From assembly GCA_949287245.1 (NCBI GenBank), contig CASEFL010000002.1, positions 80,975-144,974 on the forward strand: a DNA stretch of 64,000 nt, in the 5' to 3' direction. Below are positions 1 to 10,201 of this stretch, piece by piece. The position numbers and the translations under genes were made by a program. The DNA comes from an uncultured Bacillota bacterium. GTDB lineage: Bacteria; Bacillota_I; Bacilli_A; RFN20; CAG-826. Numbering within the stretch: position 1 is the first letter of the stretch; each line of letters opens with the position of its first letter. The notes under the pieces were generated by a model. The model was not told where the DNA came from and did not search any database. It worked only from the letters and a program-made list of their open reading frames with translations.

Positions 1-1
1 A

Positions 2-2131
2 GTGTACGTTTCTTGGGTTACAAATCCTGGTTATGCGGTTACCGAAGCTTCTTTAGATGAGACTCCTTTAGAGATTAATGGGTCCGGTGTATATGTTACG
101 ATGCCAGGACATGATGCCACCTTGACCATTGAAACAGAAGGGACTGTGATTGAGGCCTATACAGTAGATGCAGTAGAAGGAGATGGCATTGATGTCGTCT
201 TTGGCAATACTCTTAATGAGACTGGAGATGAAGTGATTGAACTAACAGGAGTGAACTGGGGTGTTACCACTTTTGATCCTGGTACTCATTTCTACTTCCA
301 AGTAAGCATTCTTCCAATGTACGCCAATATGTATGAAATTGATGAAGTTACCTTAAATGGGGAACTGGTTCAAATCAATGAACATGGTATTGGAGAATTT
401 ACTTTAGGAAAGGAAAATGTTGTTCTTGAAGCAACCTCAAAATTAATTCAATACACCCTTTCTTTTGATGATGAAGATACAGGCGCTACTGCTATTTTCA
501 CTAACGAAGATGGAGAAACAATTACCACAGCTGCTCGGAACGATAAAGTTACAGCAACATTCACTCATCCAGTAGAGGGAGCAACTTTAAAAGAAGTTCT
601 TGTTAATGGAGGCGCTCCAGGAACTTATCCTTCGCCAACTCTTGAAGGCAATGTTTATAAATTCACTATGCCTGGAGAAAATGTTACTTTAACGGCAACA
701 TGGATTACTCCTGATAGCGAATTGAATCTTTCTTACACAGTAACTCCAGCGGAATTAACTCCTAACGTTGTATTTACTATTGGAGAAGAATACGACTCCT
801 TTAATCCTGGGAATGAAGTAGAAACAGCAAAAGTAGACGAAATCGTTTATGTCTATATTCAAAATATTGATGGTTACATCATTGAATCGGTTACTTTAAA
901 TGGAACGTCTTTAACTCTTGTTGACGATGCTTGGAATTCGCATGAAGACTATTGCTTCACAATGCCAAATGAGGATGTTGTGATTGATATTGTTTATGCT
1001 GCCGAGGAACCAGAAGTTACTTTTGACATTACTTTTGATAAAACTGGGGCTCCCGCTTCAGCGTATTTTGATCTTTATAATTCTTCCTATCAGTTAATTC
1101 CTGCAGCGGATGTCTACCAAGGAAAACCTGGCGAAACTTATTATGTGGATATTTGGGCAGCAGGAAATTTCCCTACAGCAATTTATGCGAATAGTGAGGC
1201 ACTAGAGTTAGCACCCGATGGCATAAAGTATGAATTTGTTATGCCAAATGAGAATGTTATCATCACAGTCGATTGGCCTGAGGCGGGGTATACCCTTTCT
1301 TATGAAGCAGGAGAAGGCGCTCCTAGTGATTTACGGGTTCAATTCCAAGTAAACTGGATGCTTACAACAAACGCGCAGGCGGGCGATGAAGTTTCTGCTC
1401 GTATTTCAACTTATGAAACTACAACAACTCTTGCAAAAGTTTTCCTTAACGGCGAGGAAATTGAATTTGCCTTTGATGGCTGGCAATATACCGCAACCTT
1501 CATTATGCCTAATAAAAACGTTGTTCTTACCTTTGAATGGGTGGAGGCTGAAACATACGCGTTAGGTTACACCACAACACCAGCGGATTTACAAAACACT
1601 GTTTATGTAGATTTCTACGATGATCCTTATTCTTATAATCCAATTTTTGAGGCCGCAACAGGAACGTATATTTATACTCGAATTAGTAACTATGATGGGT
1701 ATGAAATTGAATCTGTCACTTATGGAGATCAAACTTTAACTCCTGTGACGTTTGCCGGGATAACCTATTATCCATTTACTGTCGGAACGGAAGATGTTGA
1801 TATTCATATGCATTTTGTCGCGGACACCACAAAACTTAGCATCACCTATGATGCAGGAGATAATGCGCCAGAAGGTATAGAAATTATGATTTTTGATAAT
1901 TTAGATACAATGGCTAGCATTGAAGAAGCGGAGGAAGGGGATATTGTTTATGTGTATGTTTATACCCCAAATGAAGAAGATGCGCCGCTTAAGGTTTATG
2001 CAAATGGCGTTGAGTGCATTGCAGATGGATATTCTATGTATCACTTCACCATGCCTGGGGAAGATGTTGTGTTAACTTTTGATTGGCCTGAGACTTCTGT
2101 AACAGTGACCCCAACGTGGTTTATTTACTAA
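2..2131 (+). CDS. C-terminal part of a very large repetitive surface protein (gene starts upstream of the window). It has at least six roughly 100-aa beta-sandwich/Ig-like repeats, each ending in a conserved Y-x-F-T-M-P-G/N-E-N/D-V-x-L-T-x-x-W motif.
   Basis: The ORF is open from base 2 with no start codon. The protein-level repeat motif recurs six times (YKFTMPGENVTLTATW, YCFTMPNEDVVIDIVY, YEFVMPNENVIITVDW, FIMPNKNVVLTFEW, YPFTVGTEDVDIHMHF, YHFTMPGEDVVLTFDW). Composition is acidic and Thr/Val-rich, typical of cell-surface repeats. Confidence 0.6.
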   Translation: MYVSWVTNPGYAVTEASLDETPLEINGSGVYVTMPGHDATLTIETEGTVIEAYTVDAVEGDGIDVVFGNTLNETGDEVIELTGVNWGVTTFDPGTHFYFQVSILPMYANMYEIDEVTLNGELVQINEHGIGEFTLGKENVVLEATSKLIQYTLSFDDEDTGATAIFTNEDGETITTAARNDKVTATFTHPVEGATLKEVLVNGGAPGTYPSPTLEGNVYKFTMPGENVTLTATWITPDSELNLSYTVTPAELTPNVVFTIGEEYDSFNPGNEVETAKVDEIVYVYIQNIDGYIIESVTLNGTSLTLVDDAWNSHEDYCFTMPNEDVVIDIVYAAEEPEVTFDITFDKTGAPASAYFDLYNSSYQLIPAADVYQGKPGETYYVDIWAAGNFPTAIYANSEALELAPDGIKYEFVMPNENVIITVDWPEAGYTLSYEAGEGAPSDLRVQFQVNWMLTTNAQAGDEVSARISTYETTTTLAKVFLNGEEIEFAFDGWQYTATFIMPNKNVVLTFEWVEAETYALGYTTTPADLQNTVYVDFYDDPYSYNPIFEAATGTYIYTRISNYDGYEIESVTYGDQTLTPVTFAGITYYPFTVGTEDVDIHMHFVADTTKLSITYDAGDNAPEGIEIMIFDNLDTMASIEEAEEGDIVYVYVYTPNEEDAPLKVYANGVECIADGYSMYHFTMPGEDVVLTFDWPETSVTVTPTWFIY

Positions 2132-2152
2132 TATATAACTTAAGGAGCTTTC

Positions 2153-3625
2153 ATGAAAAAATATAAGTATTTAGTCTTGTTTGCTATAGCCAGTGTTGCT
2201 GCTCCATTAACGTCCTGTGTGGGGGGAGGAGAATCCTCCTCCCTTTCTTCTTCCTCAGGGAATGTGGAGCAAATCCTAATTAACAATGCGATTGCCTCGT
2301 TAAGGAAAGGCTTTCGTGTTACAGCGGATTTAACGATTCATCGTTCCTATTTTCAGGATGCAGCTTATCAAATTCCCGATACAAATTTAGAAAATGAAAC
2401 AATAATGTATCGAGTAAAATTCATTTATGAAAATGCAGACGATTATATGGGGGTAGATCGTCGTTATTATCAAGTAGATGAAGAAGGAAAGGAAAGTTAT
2501 ATTCAAGGTGAGAACTCTTATAACGCCAATGGATATGCAGGGTTAGTTTACCTAGATTATGACAATACCATTGTTCGCGATTTAGCTATTGATAGTAACT
2601 ATGAGTTTATCCCCTATGGTTCTAATGGTATGCTGAATCCTTTTACTCTTATTTCTCGCAGTGATTTTCATCAAATTCATGAAGGTTTTGAATTAAATCA
2701 CAGCAAAACCAACCTCTTTTTCTCGAATTTGTTTTCACAAATCGAGGATTATCAGTCAAATATTGTCTTCTCTACGAGAGTTTTTACGTTAGACAATAAA
2801 GATATTACTGGCGCTCATTTTGTGTCGAAAAATATGGATGATGGGTACGCATCAACGGTTAGTATTCCTAGCAATCCTTATTACCAAACATATATTCGTA
2901 ATCAATATGAAGTAGAGATGTCCTTTACGGATATTGCGGTAGCTTCTGCTCGCGATGTCATTCAAGTAGAACCAGAGAAAGAAGAAAATATTCCGTTGAA
3001 AAATGCTCTAGAAAACATGGTAGGGAAAAATATTGCTTTAACAAGAGAATTGCATCCTTACATTAATGGAAGTTATGTTGGAGAAGATTCTTATAATGCA
3101 ACCTATTACATGGGGGAAACTGAAGGAATTTATAGCCAAGTTTATTCTTTAGCTGAGGGAGAAAGTGTTCCTACTGCTCCTAGTGCATCAGACTTTATTC
3201 TTCGTCCTTTAGTAAATGGAGGGAAATTACGAGTTTATCAAGTAAATGCCACAACTGGAGAGTTCTTGTTAAATTCTTCTAATTACACAAGCATTGATAA
3301 TATTTACACTTATAACGATTTAGCCTATGACATTTCCTTTTTAAATCCAAATATTTTCAATCTTAATGAGGATGGGTCTTATAGCCCAACCATTGATAAT
3401 GTGCCTTGGATTACTCGTGATGTCTTTATGTCCGCTTTAGATAGTTTTAGTGCGGTAGATAGCGGTTATGTGAATGACGTTAAAGTTTATGTTGATGAAG
3501 AAGTAAACTGTCTAGATCGCGTTGTGGCAACGTATGAAGATTTTGTTGGCTATAGTGGGACGATGACTCTTCATTTTGACAAGTTAGGAGAGGGAACTCC
3601 TGATTTTGAAATTGTGATTGCTTAG
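2153..3625 (+). CDS. Lipoprotein, 490 aa. Paralogous to the next gene.
   Basis: Signal peptide plus lipobox (AAPLTSC), then a Ser/Gly linker. There is a strong RBS (AAGGAG) 8 nt upstream. It shares an N-terminal KGFR motif with the downstream lipoprotein. Confidence 0.6.
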   Translation: MKKYKYLVLFAIASVAAPLTSCVGGGESSSLSSSSGNVEQILINNAIASLRKGFRVTADLTIHRSYFQDAAYQIPDTNLENETIMYRVKFIYENADDYMGVDRRYYQVDEEGKESYIQGENSYNANGYAGLVYLDYDNTIVRDLAIDSNYEFIPYGSNGMLNPFTLISRSDFHQIHEGFELNHSKTNLFFSNLFSQIEDYQSNIVFSTRVFTLDNKDITGAHFVSKNMDDGYASTVSIPSNPYYQTYIRNQYEVEMSFTDIAVASARDVIQVEPEKEENIPLKNALENMVGKNIALTRELHPYINGSYVGEDSYNATYYMGETEGIYSQVYSLAEGESVPTAPSASDFILRPLVNGGKLRVYQVNATTGEFLLNSSNYTSIDNIYTYNDLAYDISFLNPNIFNLNEDGSYSPTIDNVPWITRDVFMSALDSFSAVDSGYVNDVKVYVDEEVNCLDRVVATYEDFVGYSGTMTLHFDKLGEGTPDFEIVIA

Positions 3626-3634
3626 GAGATAACT

Positions 3635-5137
3635 ATGAAGATAAAAAACGTAATTTGGTGTTTCTGTCTTCCTTTGCTTGCCTTAACAGGATGTAACGGG
3701 GAAGAAAATTCAAGTAGTTCTACAAGCGAACTTCCTCCTTCTTTTGACAGTGAACGTGAACCCTTTACGGACCCTATTTTGGAAGAAAATATGGAGAATT
3801 TCTTAAAAGGGTTCCGAATGAGTGGAAATATCATTCAAAAACGTTATGAAGGAAGTTATTCATCAAGCGGAGAACCTCTTCTTGATGCGGAACCTTATGC
3901 AACAAATACTTACTATACGGATGTAGCGTTTAATTCTTATCGTGAGAATGCTTTTTATAAATTCTCTTGGAGGGAACTAGAAGGAACACAAGTTGATGTG
4001 GAAGGTCCTTTTACCTTCTTTGAAGATGAAGAAGGCATTACTTACCAAGAAGAGATTAATTACAAGAATGAAGTTGTGCGGAATTATTCCACGGTTGGCG
4101 GAGATAATTTAACCTTTGGCGACAATGGTTTTTATAATTTTTTCTCTATTTTTCAAGAAGAAGATTTTGTAAAAAATGAAAACGTCACGGTTTATACTCG
4201 TTATGACTTGTCGATTGATAAAGCGGCAATTATCGCCAATAACCTCCTTTATTCGGTAAACTCTGGTGGCTTTGCTGTCCCTACTTCTGCTTATATTCGT
4301 GTTGATAATGGAGTGTTCACTTCTTTAAGCATGGAATTAAGCCCGATTGCTTCCGTTGATAACATTACCGGGGCAACTTCTTTCATTAAGAATTCTGTTC
4401 TTTTCTCTTTTTCTCATATCGGAGAAGAGACAATTCTTCATGCTTCTCCTTATGAAGAAAAAGAAGAAAACAAGGATTTAGAAGAGGCTTTAAATACTCT
4501 TGGGTCGTCTTCTTTTACAATGGACATTGTAAATTCTTATCAATATAGTGATTTAGCTTCTGGTAATAGCGAAACAAGAAATGAAGTGACAACTTTCGCT
4601 TTTACCGGGAAAGAAATTTATGTTCATGAAAGTGGTGAAGCTTTATCCGACTTTGATAAGAACAAAGATTATTATCTTGCTCCCTATAGTGAGGTCGATC
4701 AATCTTTGTATCCTTATGCCTATGAGGAAGAAAGTGATTCTTGGACATTAAGAAATGAAGGCTTCCTGTTAGAAGATGGAACGATTCAGTACGCTCAAGG
4801 ATATTGTGGAATTTACACATATCAAGATTTATATCCAATTTTTGCGGAGATTTCTGGTGTATTTTTTGAGAAGAATGAAAATAATGTATACGAAAGTTTA
4901 GACGATATTACTGCCTTAACTTCTTGTTTCTTAATTAATCACTCTCCTTATAGGATCAAAGGTTCCGAAGGAATTTCTTCTATACAAATTTCTTTAAATA
5001 ATGATGGTTCCATTGCAGAAATTCGTCTTCCTTATAGTTATTTGGATAACATTATTGGGGATATGAGAGTAGGTACTATCACTCTAACCTTTTCCTTAAT
5101 TGGGAATACGACTTTAGAAGGAATCATTGGAGCATGA
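3635..5137 (+). CDS. Lipoprotein, 500 aa. Paralog of the 2153..3625 gene.
   Basis: Signal peptide plus lipobox (LLALTGC), then an acidic Ser-rich linker. The motif FLKGFRMSGNI parallels SLRKGFRVTADL in the upstream gene. RBS is AGGAGATAACT. Confidence 0.6.
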   Translation: MKIKNVIWCFCLPLLALTGCNGEENSSSSTSELPPSFDSEREPFTDPILEENMENFLKGFRMSGNIIQKRYEGSYSSSGEPLLDAEPYATNTYYTDVAFNSYRENAFYKFSWRELEGTQVDVEGPFTFFEDEEGITYQEEINYKNEVVRNYSTVGGDNLTFGDNGFYNFFSIFQEEDFVKNENVTVYTRYDLSIDKAAIIANNLLYSVNSGGFAVPTSAYIRVDNGVFTSLSMELSPIASVDNITGATSFIKNSVLFSFSHIGEETILHASPYEEKEENKDLEEALNTLGSSSFTMDIVNSYQYSDLASGNSETRNEVTTFAFTGKEIYVHESGEALSDFDKNKDYYLAPYSEVDQSLYPYAYEEESDSWTLRNEGFLLEDGTIQYAQGYCGIYTYQDLYPIFAEISGVFFEKNENNVYESLDDITALTSCFLINHSPYRIKGSEGISSIQISLNNDGSIAEIRLPYSYLDNIIGDMRVGTITLTFSLIGNTTLEGIIGA

Positions 5138-6861
5138 AACATTCATCACTCTTGCTTCTTTTCTCATCTTTCTTTCTTGTTTCTTGTGGAGAAGCGGGAG
5201 TTTCTTCTTCGTATGAAGAAGATTTCTCCCTTTCTCTTTCTTTCATAGGGGAAGGAACGCTTTCTTTATATCAAGATGGGAATACCATCACCGAAGAAAA
5301 TTTTTCTGAACTTGTGGAGGTAGGAGATTCTTTAACTTTGATTGCTACCCCTGCTTCGCGATATGAACTTACTTCTCTTACTTTTAATGAAGTTCCTCTT
5401 GCTGGTAAAAACAATCAATTCCTTTTTACGGCGGTAGAAGGAATCAATGCTATTGAGGCGACATTTTCTTTAGTGGCAGAGGATGTAGACGAGTTTACTT
5501 ATGAAGTTTTAGAAGATGGGACGATTGAAATCACTTCCTATTTAGAACCTGCTCATGTTCCTAACCCTGTTTTTATTCCTGATTCGATAAAGGACAAAGA
5601 AGGGGAAGAACATATGGTTTCCTCTTTAGGGCCAAATGTATTTCAAAATTCTTCCGTTAAGGGAGTAAGAATTGGTAAAAATGTTTCTTCCATTGATGAA
5701 AATACCTTTAACGGGGCCATGTCTTTAGAAACAATTGAAGTTAGTGAAGAAAATCCTTATTTTGAGTCCGATAATGGCATTTTATATTCTCTTGCAGGAG
5801 AACTGATTCGTATGCCGATTTCCTCTAGTCTTAAAAACTATTCTGTTCAAGAAGGGACGATAAGAATTAATAATCGCGCTTTTGAAGATTGTTCTAGGTT
5901 AGAAACCATCACGCTTCCTGAAGGATTGCTTTCTATCGGCAATGCAAGTTTTTATGATGCGCGTTCATTAAAGTCTCCCATCTTTCCTTCGACACTAAAA
6001 AGTATAGGAGAAGAAGCCTTCCGTAATGCAGATTCTTTAACTTCTCTTACTTTAAATGAAGGATTAGAAACTTTAGGAACAAGGGTTTTTTATGCTTCTG
6101 GTGTAGAAGAAGTTCATCTTCCTTCAACGTTAACTACCTTACCTCAATGGGCTTTCTATACTTGTGATTCCTTGCACACAGTTGTTTTTGAAGAAGGATT
6201 AAAAACAATTGGAAAAGAAGCTTTTTTCCGTAGTGATATTAAGACGCTAGAAACTCCTTTAAGTCTAGAAACGATTGAAGATAATGCTTTCTCCCGTTGT
6301 ATGTCGTTAACAAGCGTTATTCTTAATGAGGGTCTTCTTTCGCTTGGAGGAAGTGCTTTTTCCGCGAGCGCTTCCATTCCTTCGATTACGATTCCTAAGA
6401 GTGTGAAGCATATAGGGATGAATCCTTTTTCTGGTTTAGTCAAACTTGGCTATCAAGAAGGCTCCTTAAAAGTGGAAGAGGGAAACCCTTATTTTGAAGT
6501 TGTTGATAACGTTTTATATTCTTTAGGAGACAATCCAACCTTAATCAGTTATTCCTATGGAAAAGTAGACACAACTTATCACATTAAAGAAGGAACAAAA
6601 ACACTTGGTCGTGATGCCTTTTTATATGTAGGAAATGTTTTAGAAATTCATATTCCAAGAAGCGTTACTTCCATTCATGAAGCGTTTTGTTCAATGTATA
6701 CTGAATTAACTACTCCTGAAACATTAACCCTTATCTATGAGGGGACAAAAGCCGAATGGTTAGAAATTGATCTTCATGGTGAACTTGGTGAGTGGCATAG
6801 TGGGACGAATTTAACAAATGGTCAAGTTCAATGCATGGATGGCCCTCTATCTGTAGAGTAA
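5134..6861 (+). CDS. Lipoprotein with BspA-type leucine-rich repeats (LRR_5 family), 575 aa.
   Basis: Lipobox FLVSCGE. Multiple 23-25 aa repeats of the form I/LP.S/TL..IG..AF..C.SL..I.LPEGL. It overlaps the upstream stop by 4 nt (ATGA). Confidence 0.6.
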   Translation: MKHSSLLLLFSSFFLVSCGEAGVSSSYEEDFSLSLSFIGEGTLSLYQDGNTITEENFSELVEVGDSLTLIATPASRYELTSLTFNEVPLAGKNNQFLFTAVEGINAIEATFSLVAEDVDEFTYEVLEDGTIEITSYLEPAHVPNPVFIPDSIKDKEGEEHMVSSLGPNVFQNSSVKGVRIGKNVSSIDENTFNGAMSLETIEVSEENPYFESDNGILYSLAGELIRMPISSSLKNYSVQEGTIRINNRAFEDCSRLETITLPEGLLSIGNASFYDARSLKSPIFPSTLKSIGEEAFRNADSLTSLTLNEGLETLGTRVFYASGVEEVHLPSTLTTLPQWAFYTCDSLHTVVFEEGLKTIGKEAFFRSDIKTLETPLSLETIEDNAFSRCMSLTSVILNEGLLSLGGSAFSASASIPSITIPKSVKHIGMNPFSGLVKLGYQEGSLKVEEGNPYFEVVDNVLYSLGDNPTLISYSYGKVDTTYHIKEGTKTLGRDAFLYVGNVLEIHIPRSVTSIHEAFCSMYTELTTPETLTLIYEGTKAEWLEIDLHGELGEWHSGTNLTNGQVQCMDGPLSVE

Positions 6862-6976
6862 AATTGACCCTTCTAGAATTTTTCTAATACTTTTGTGTTT
6901 TGCATTGCATCGAACCGATAATAATTTTAAGCCCCTTCCTCTTGTATTATTTTTGTATCAGCCTACAATCATTCAT

Positions 6977-8467
6977 ATGAAGAAAGCAATATATTGTTTG
7001 ATTGTAGGCATTTTCTGCACCTCTATATTGGGTTCTCAACAATTAAAAAGTAATTGTGACAGTTTTGATTCAAGCCCTTTAATTTTAAAGGCTGCTGAGA
7101 AGAAAACCAATTATCAAGAAAAATGTTTGTTAAGCCATAAACTCAAGGATACTAGACGTATCTATGATTCTAATAGTGGCGATCCATTTGAGACACATAA
7201 TCCAGTGTATGGTGTTGATTATTTAGCAGAATTCCAAGATGAAAATGGTAATATTATTGAATACTCTCCAAACAATGGCGTTTCCTTAGCTTCATACAAC
7301 GATTCTTATGAAACTAATAACGATTCTTTAGAAGGGGCTTTTCAAATACCGGCAATTTTGGCTTATGGATACCCAACAACAAGTTATACTGGTTTCGGAA
7401 TATATGCCACAATAACAAGGAAAACTGATTTTTTGTGGATACAACATACAGATAGAGATTTTTATAGTTTTTGTTTGCTTGGTAGTGGACGTATTACTGT
7501 TGATTTAACCTCAGTACCAAGTGGATGCGATTATGATTTGAATCTTTATACTATTGCTAACGATTCCAATGGTTCTTTAAAAAATGCTGAATTTGTCTCT
7601 TCTTCATGTAAAACTGGTTCATTGGATGAACATATTGCTTTTTCGTCGGCAGATGCTAGAACCGTTGTTATTGAGGTTTTCTCAAAAAATGATGCTACTT
7701 GGAATGATCAAGAGCCATATTCGCTTGATATTGAATACCATTCGACTCGCCTGCAAAGCGATTACTATTCAATACCCGAGAATAGGCCTTATGCTGATAT
7801 AGGAATTATGTGGGTTCAAGACTGGAAACCAGAAGGAATTGCTCCCTGTATGGCAACCGAGTCTGAAACTATGAGTGCTAATTTAACTGCTAATAACCCT
7901 CTAGTGCAGCAAATTTTAAATAAAGGTAAAAAAGATTTGCTTTATGCAAAATTTTTGTTTTGGAACAATGAATTTTGCAACGCTTTGTTTGATTTTTGCG
8001 AAACCATAATTCCGGCTATTCATGAATATAAAAATAATGCTTATTCAAATGATGCGACAATAGATATTATTTTTAACAGCACTGGCATTGTATTTAGTCT
8101 TTTAGGACAGATACTTTCTATATTTTCGGTTGCATCTGATGTGCTTTCTGTTCTTCAGTTAATTATTCCTTCATCAATTAATTATGAGTTAGCTGATGCT
8201 TATGAAGATTATTTTATTGGCCTAGCTGGTGCTTTAGAATCAAAAAAACAAGGAGGAGACCAAATTCTTCAAATTGATTTTCGGTATTGGTTTGAGAACA
8301 ATAAGGTTTATTGGATTCCGCAATATAATTATGAGAATATCAGTCAGTATGTGTATACCGAAAACACTTTACCTTACACTTTTGATGATGCATATTTTTG
8401 GGGGACTATATACCTTATTAATTCTTATGATGATATAGAAACCAATCTTTTAAGGAGGATGTTGTAA
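6977..8467 (+). CDS. Secreted protein with a PPC-like (bacterial pre-peptidase C-terminal type) beta-sandwich domain and an unknown C-terminal domain.
   Basis: Signal peptide MKKAIYCLIVGIFCTSILGS. The motif DRDFYSFCLLGSGRITVDL...CDYDLNLY matches the DxDxYxF...DxDLxLY PPC signature. The start was moved to the ATG at 6977, which has a hydrophobic N-terminus. Confidence 0.5.
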   Translation: MKKAIYCLIVGIFCTSILGSQQLKSNCDSFDSSPLILKAAEKKTNYQEKCLLSHKLKDTRRIYDSNSGDPFETHNPVYGVDYLAEFQDENGNIIEYSPNNGVSLASYNDSYETNNDSLEGAFQIPAILAYGYPTTSYTGFGIYATITRKTDFLWIQHTDRDFYSFCLLGSGRITVDLTSVPSGCDYDLNLYTIANDSNGSLKNAEFVSSSCKTGSLDEHIAFSSADARTVVIEVFSKNDATWNDQEPYSLDIEYHSTRLQSDYYSIPENRPYADIGIMWVQDWKPEGIAPCMATESETMSANLTANNPLVQQILNKGKKDLLYAKFLFWNNEFCNALFDFCETIIPAIHEYKNNAYSNDATIDIIFNSTGIVFSLLGQILSIFSVASDVLSVLQLIIPSSINYELADAYEDYFIGLAGALESKKQGGDQILQIDFRYWFENNKVYWIPQYNYENISQYVYTENTLPYTFDDAYFWGTIYLINSYDDIETNLLRRML

Positions 8468-9768
8468 TGCATAGTAAGAAACTTATTCGTCTAGGTTTTG
8501 CATTGTTTTTAAGTTTTAACTCCCTTTTTCTTGTCTCTTGTGAAGATACGGATTCTTTAAAAGATATTTCTGGTTTAGGGGATTGCTTTGAAGAAGAGAA
8601 TGGAGATGGGGATTATTCTTTAACTTATACTTTTGAGGATAAAAACATTGAGGAACAAGTTTTCCCTACGCAAGATATTAAGAGTAATGACTCTTTTTCT
8701 GACGCAACTTTATTAAATCATTTACCTATTAATGGATTTTCTTCTTTTTCCTTATCTCTTAAGGCAAGTTTGCATCAAAAGAAGTTTGAAGATCAAACGA
8801 GTTCAAACGATGTTGATTATTATTTATTAAATATTCCCTTTTCAGGAGAACTGTCTGTTTCTATTGAAAATATCAACGATGAGGACTGTTTTTTAAATTT
8901 AGATATTTTTTATTTATCTCCCAAGAACGAATTTTTTAATCCTGTTTGTTTTTCTTCTTTAGATAATATTGATGGCAGTAAGACACTTTCTATTAATGCG
9001 TTAGGTTCCTATTATTTTGTTGTTTCTACTTCTGGTGATTTATCTAAAGAAGTGAATTACACTTTGAAAGTAGAAGGAAGCAAAAAGGAGAAAGGTTTCC
9101 ATATTATCCAAGAAAAAGAAAATGGCGCGATTGGCGCCTTATGGATAAACGACGCGATTCCTTCTTTAAGCATTCCTTATATAACCGCTTTTTCACAAGG
9201 AGAAGTGTCTTATAACAAGGAGAATCCCTATTTAAAAGAATTAGAAAGAATTGATGGAACAGGTGAAATTCCTCTTGTTATTCTTTCTATCTTTGATCAT
9301 AAGTTATGTTCTTTCGTTGCGGATTTATCCGAATTCGTTTTAGACTACGATACGGTATATTGGAATCAAAACAAAATCATCGGCGAAAAGGAAGAGAAAA
9401 CAGGAGTTTTTGAGTTTTCCTCCTATCCTTGGTTCTCTTCTGAATTTATGGAATCTTTTGTTTCTTTATTCTTAGATCACAAGAAGAATACTTTTGTCTC
9501 TTCTGCACGTGAGTTTTTTATTTCCATGCTTTCTACAACAAGTGCAGGAAGGGAAGATTCTTTTGTAGAAAATCATTATTTCTCTATCCCTCTTCTTGGT
9601 GTTTTTGAAAACGGAACGTTAAAGTGGGAAGTTCGTTATCCTAATAGTTCTTATTTACTTGTGTATAAGACCGTTTTTCAAGGAAACTCTATTTCTGATC
9701 TTCCTCCTTACGCGATTAATGAAGGAAGTTATATTTCTCTTACGGCAAACGCCTCTTTTCTTGCTTAA
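8467..9768 (+). CDS. Lipoprotein with a PPC-like beta-sandwich domain.
   Basis: Lipobox FLVSCED. The motif SNDVDYYLLNIPFSGELSVSIENINDEDCFLNLDIFYL is the same DVDYY signature as the upstream gene. It is translationally coupled to that gene (TAATG overlap at 8464-8469). Confidence 0.5.
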   Translation: MHSKKLIRLGFALFLSFNSLFLVSCEDTDSLKDISGLGDCFEEENGDGDYSLTYTFEDKNIEEQVFPTQDIKSNDSFSDATLLNHLPINGFSSFSLSLKASLHQKKFEDQTSSNDVDYYLLNIPFSGELSVSIENINDEDCFLNLDIFYLSPKNEFFNPVCFSSLDNIDGSKTLSINALGSYYFVVSTSGDLSKEVNYTLKVEGSKKEKGFHIIQEKENGAIGALWINDAIPSLSIPYITAFSQGEVSYNKENPYLKELERIDGTGEIPLVILSIFDHKLCSFVADLSEFVLDYDTVYWNQNKIIGEKEEKTGVFEFSSYPWFSSEFMESFVSLFLDHKKNTFVSSAREFFISMLSTTSAGREDSFVENHYFSIPLLGVFENGTLKWEVRYPNSSYLLVYKTVFQGNSISDLPPYAINEGSYISLTANASFLA

Positions 9769-9932
9769 AAGGTATTACGTTATTTAAATAATCACTTAGA
9801 ACTTCGTTATTTAACGCGATTTTTTAGTTTTTCTATCGAAAAGAAAGGTTTTATTTGTGTTTCTTTATTAACAATAGTAGGATTACGAGCGCTCTCTTTA
9901 CAGTAATGCTGTAAGGCGGAAGGAGTTTAAAA

Positions 9933-10151
9933 ATGAAAAAAGGAATTCATCCAGAATATCACAAGTGCAAAGTCACCTGTGTCACATGCGGTTCTACCTT
10001 TGAAACCGGCTCTGTCCTCAGCGAGATCAAAGTGGATACTTGCTCAAATTGCCATCCCTTCTATACCGGGAAGCAACGCGCTGTTCAAGCAGACGGAGTT
10101 ATTGACAAGTTCAACAGACGGCTTGCTAAAGCGAATAAAGGAAATAACTAG
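9933..10151 (+). CDS. rpmE: 50S ribosomal protein L31, zinc-binding type.
   Basis: The product is 72 aa, begins MKKGIHPEYH, and has CxxC...CxxC(H) zinc ligands. RBS GGAAGGAG sits upstream. Confidence 0.9.
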   Translation: MKKGIHPEYHKCKVTCVTCGSTFETGSVLSEIKVDTCSNCHPFYTGKQRAVQADGVIDKFNRRLAKANKGNN

Positions 10152-10201
10152 TAGACGCATAAGGCTTGCCAAGAAAGGGAAGCCTTTTTCTTTAAAACGA
10201 T

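Noticed and set aside
2-2131. Possible DNA-level tandem repeats in the giant surface protein gene.
   Set aside because: The repeats are conserved only at the protein-motif level (about 100-aa units with divergent sequence). No near-identical nucleotide tandem repeats were seen.
7584-7802. 72-aa ORF nested in another frame inside the 6977-8467 gene.
   Set aside because: Overlapping frame within a coherent longer ORF, with no independent signals.
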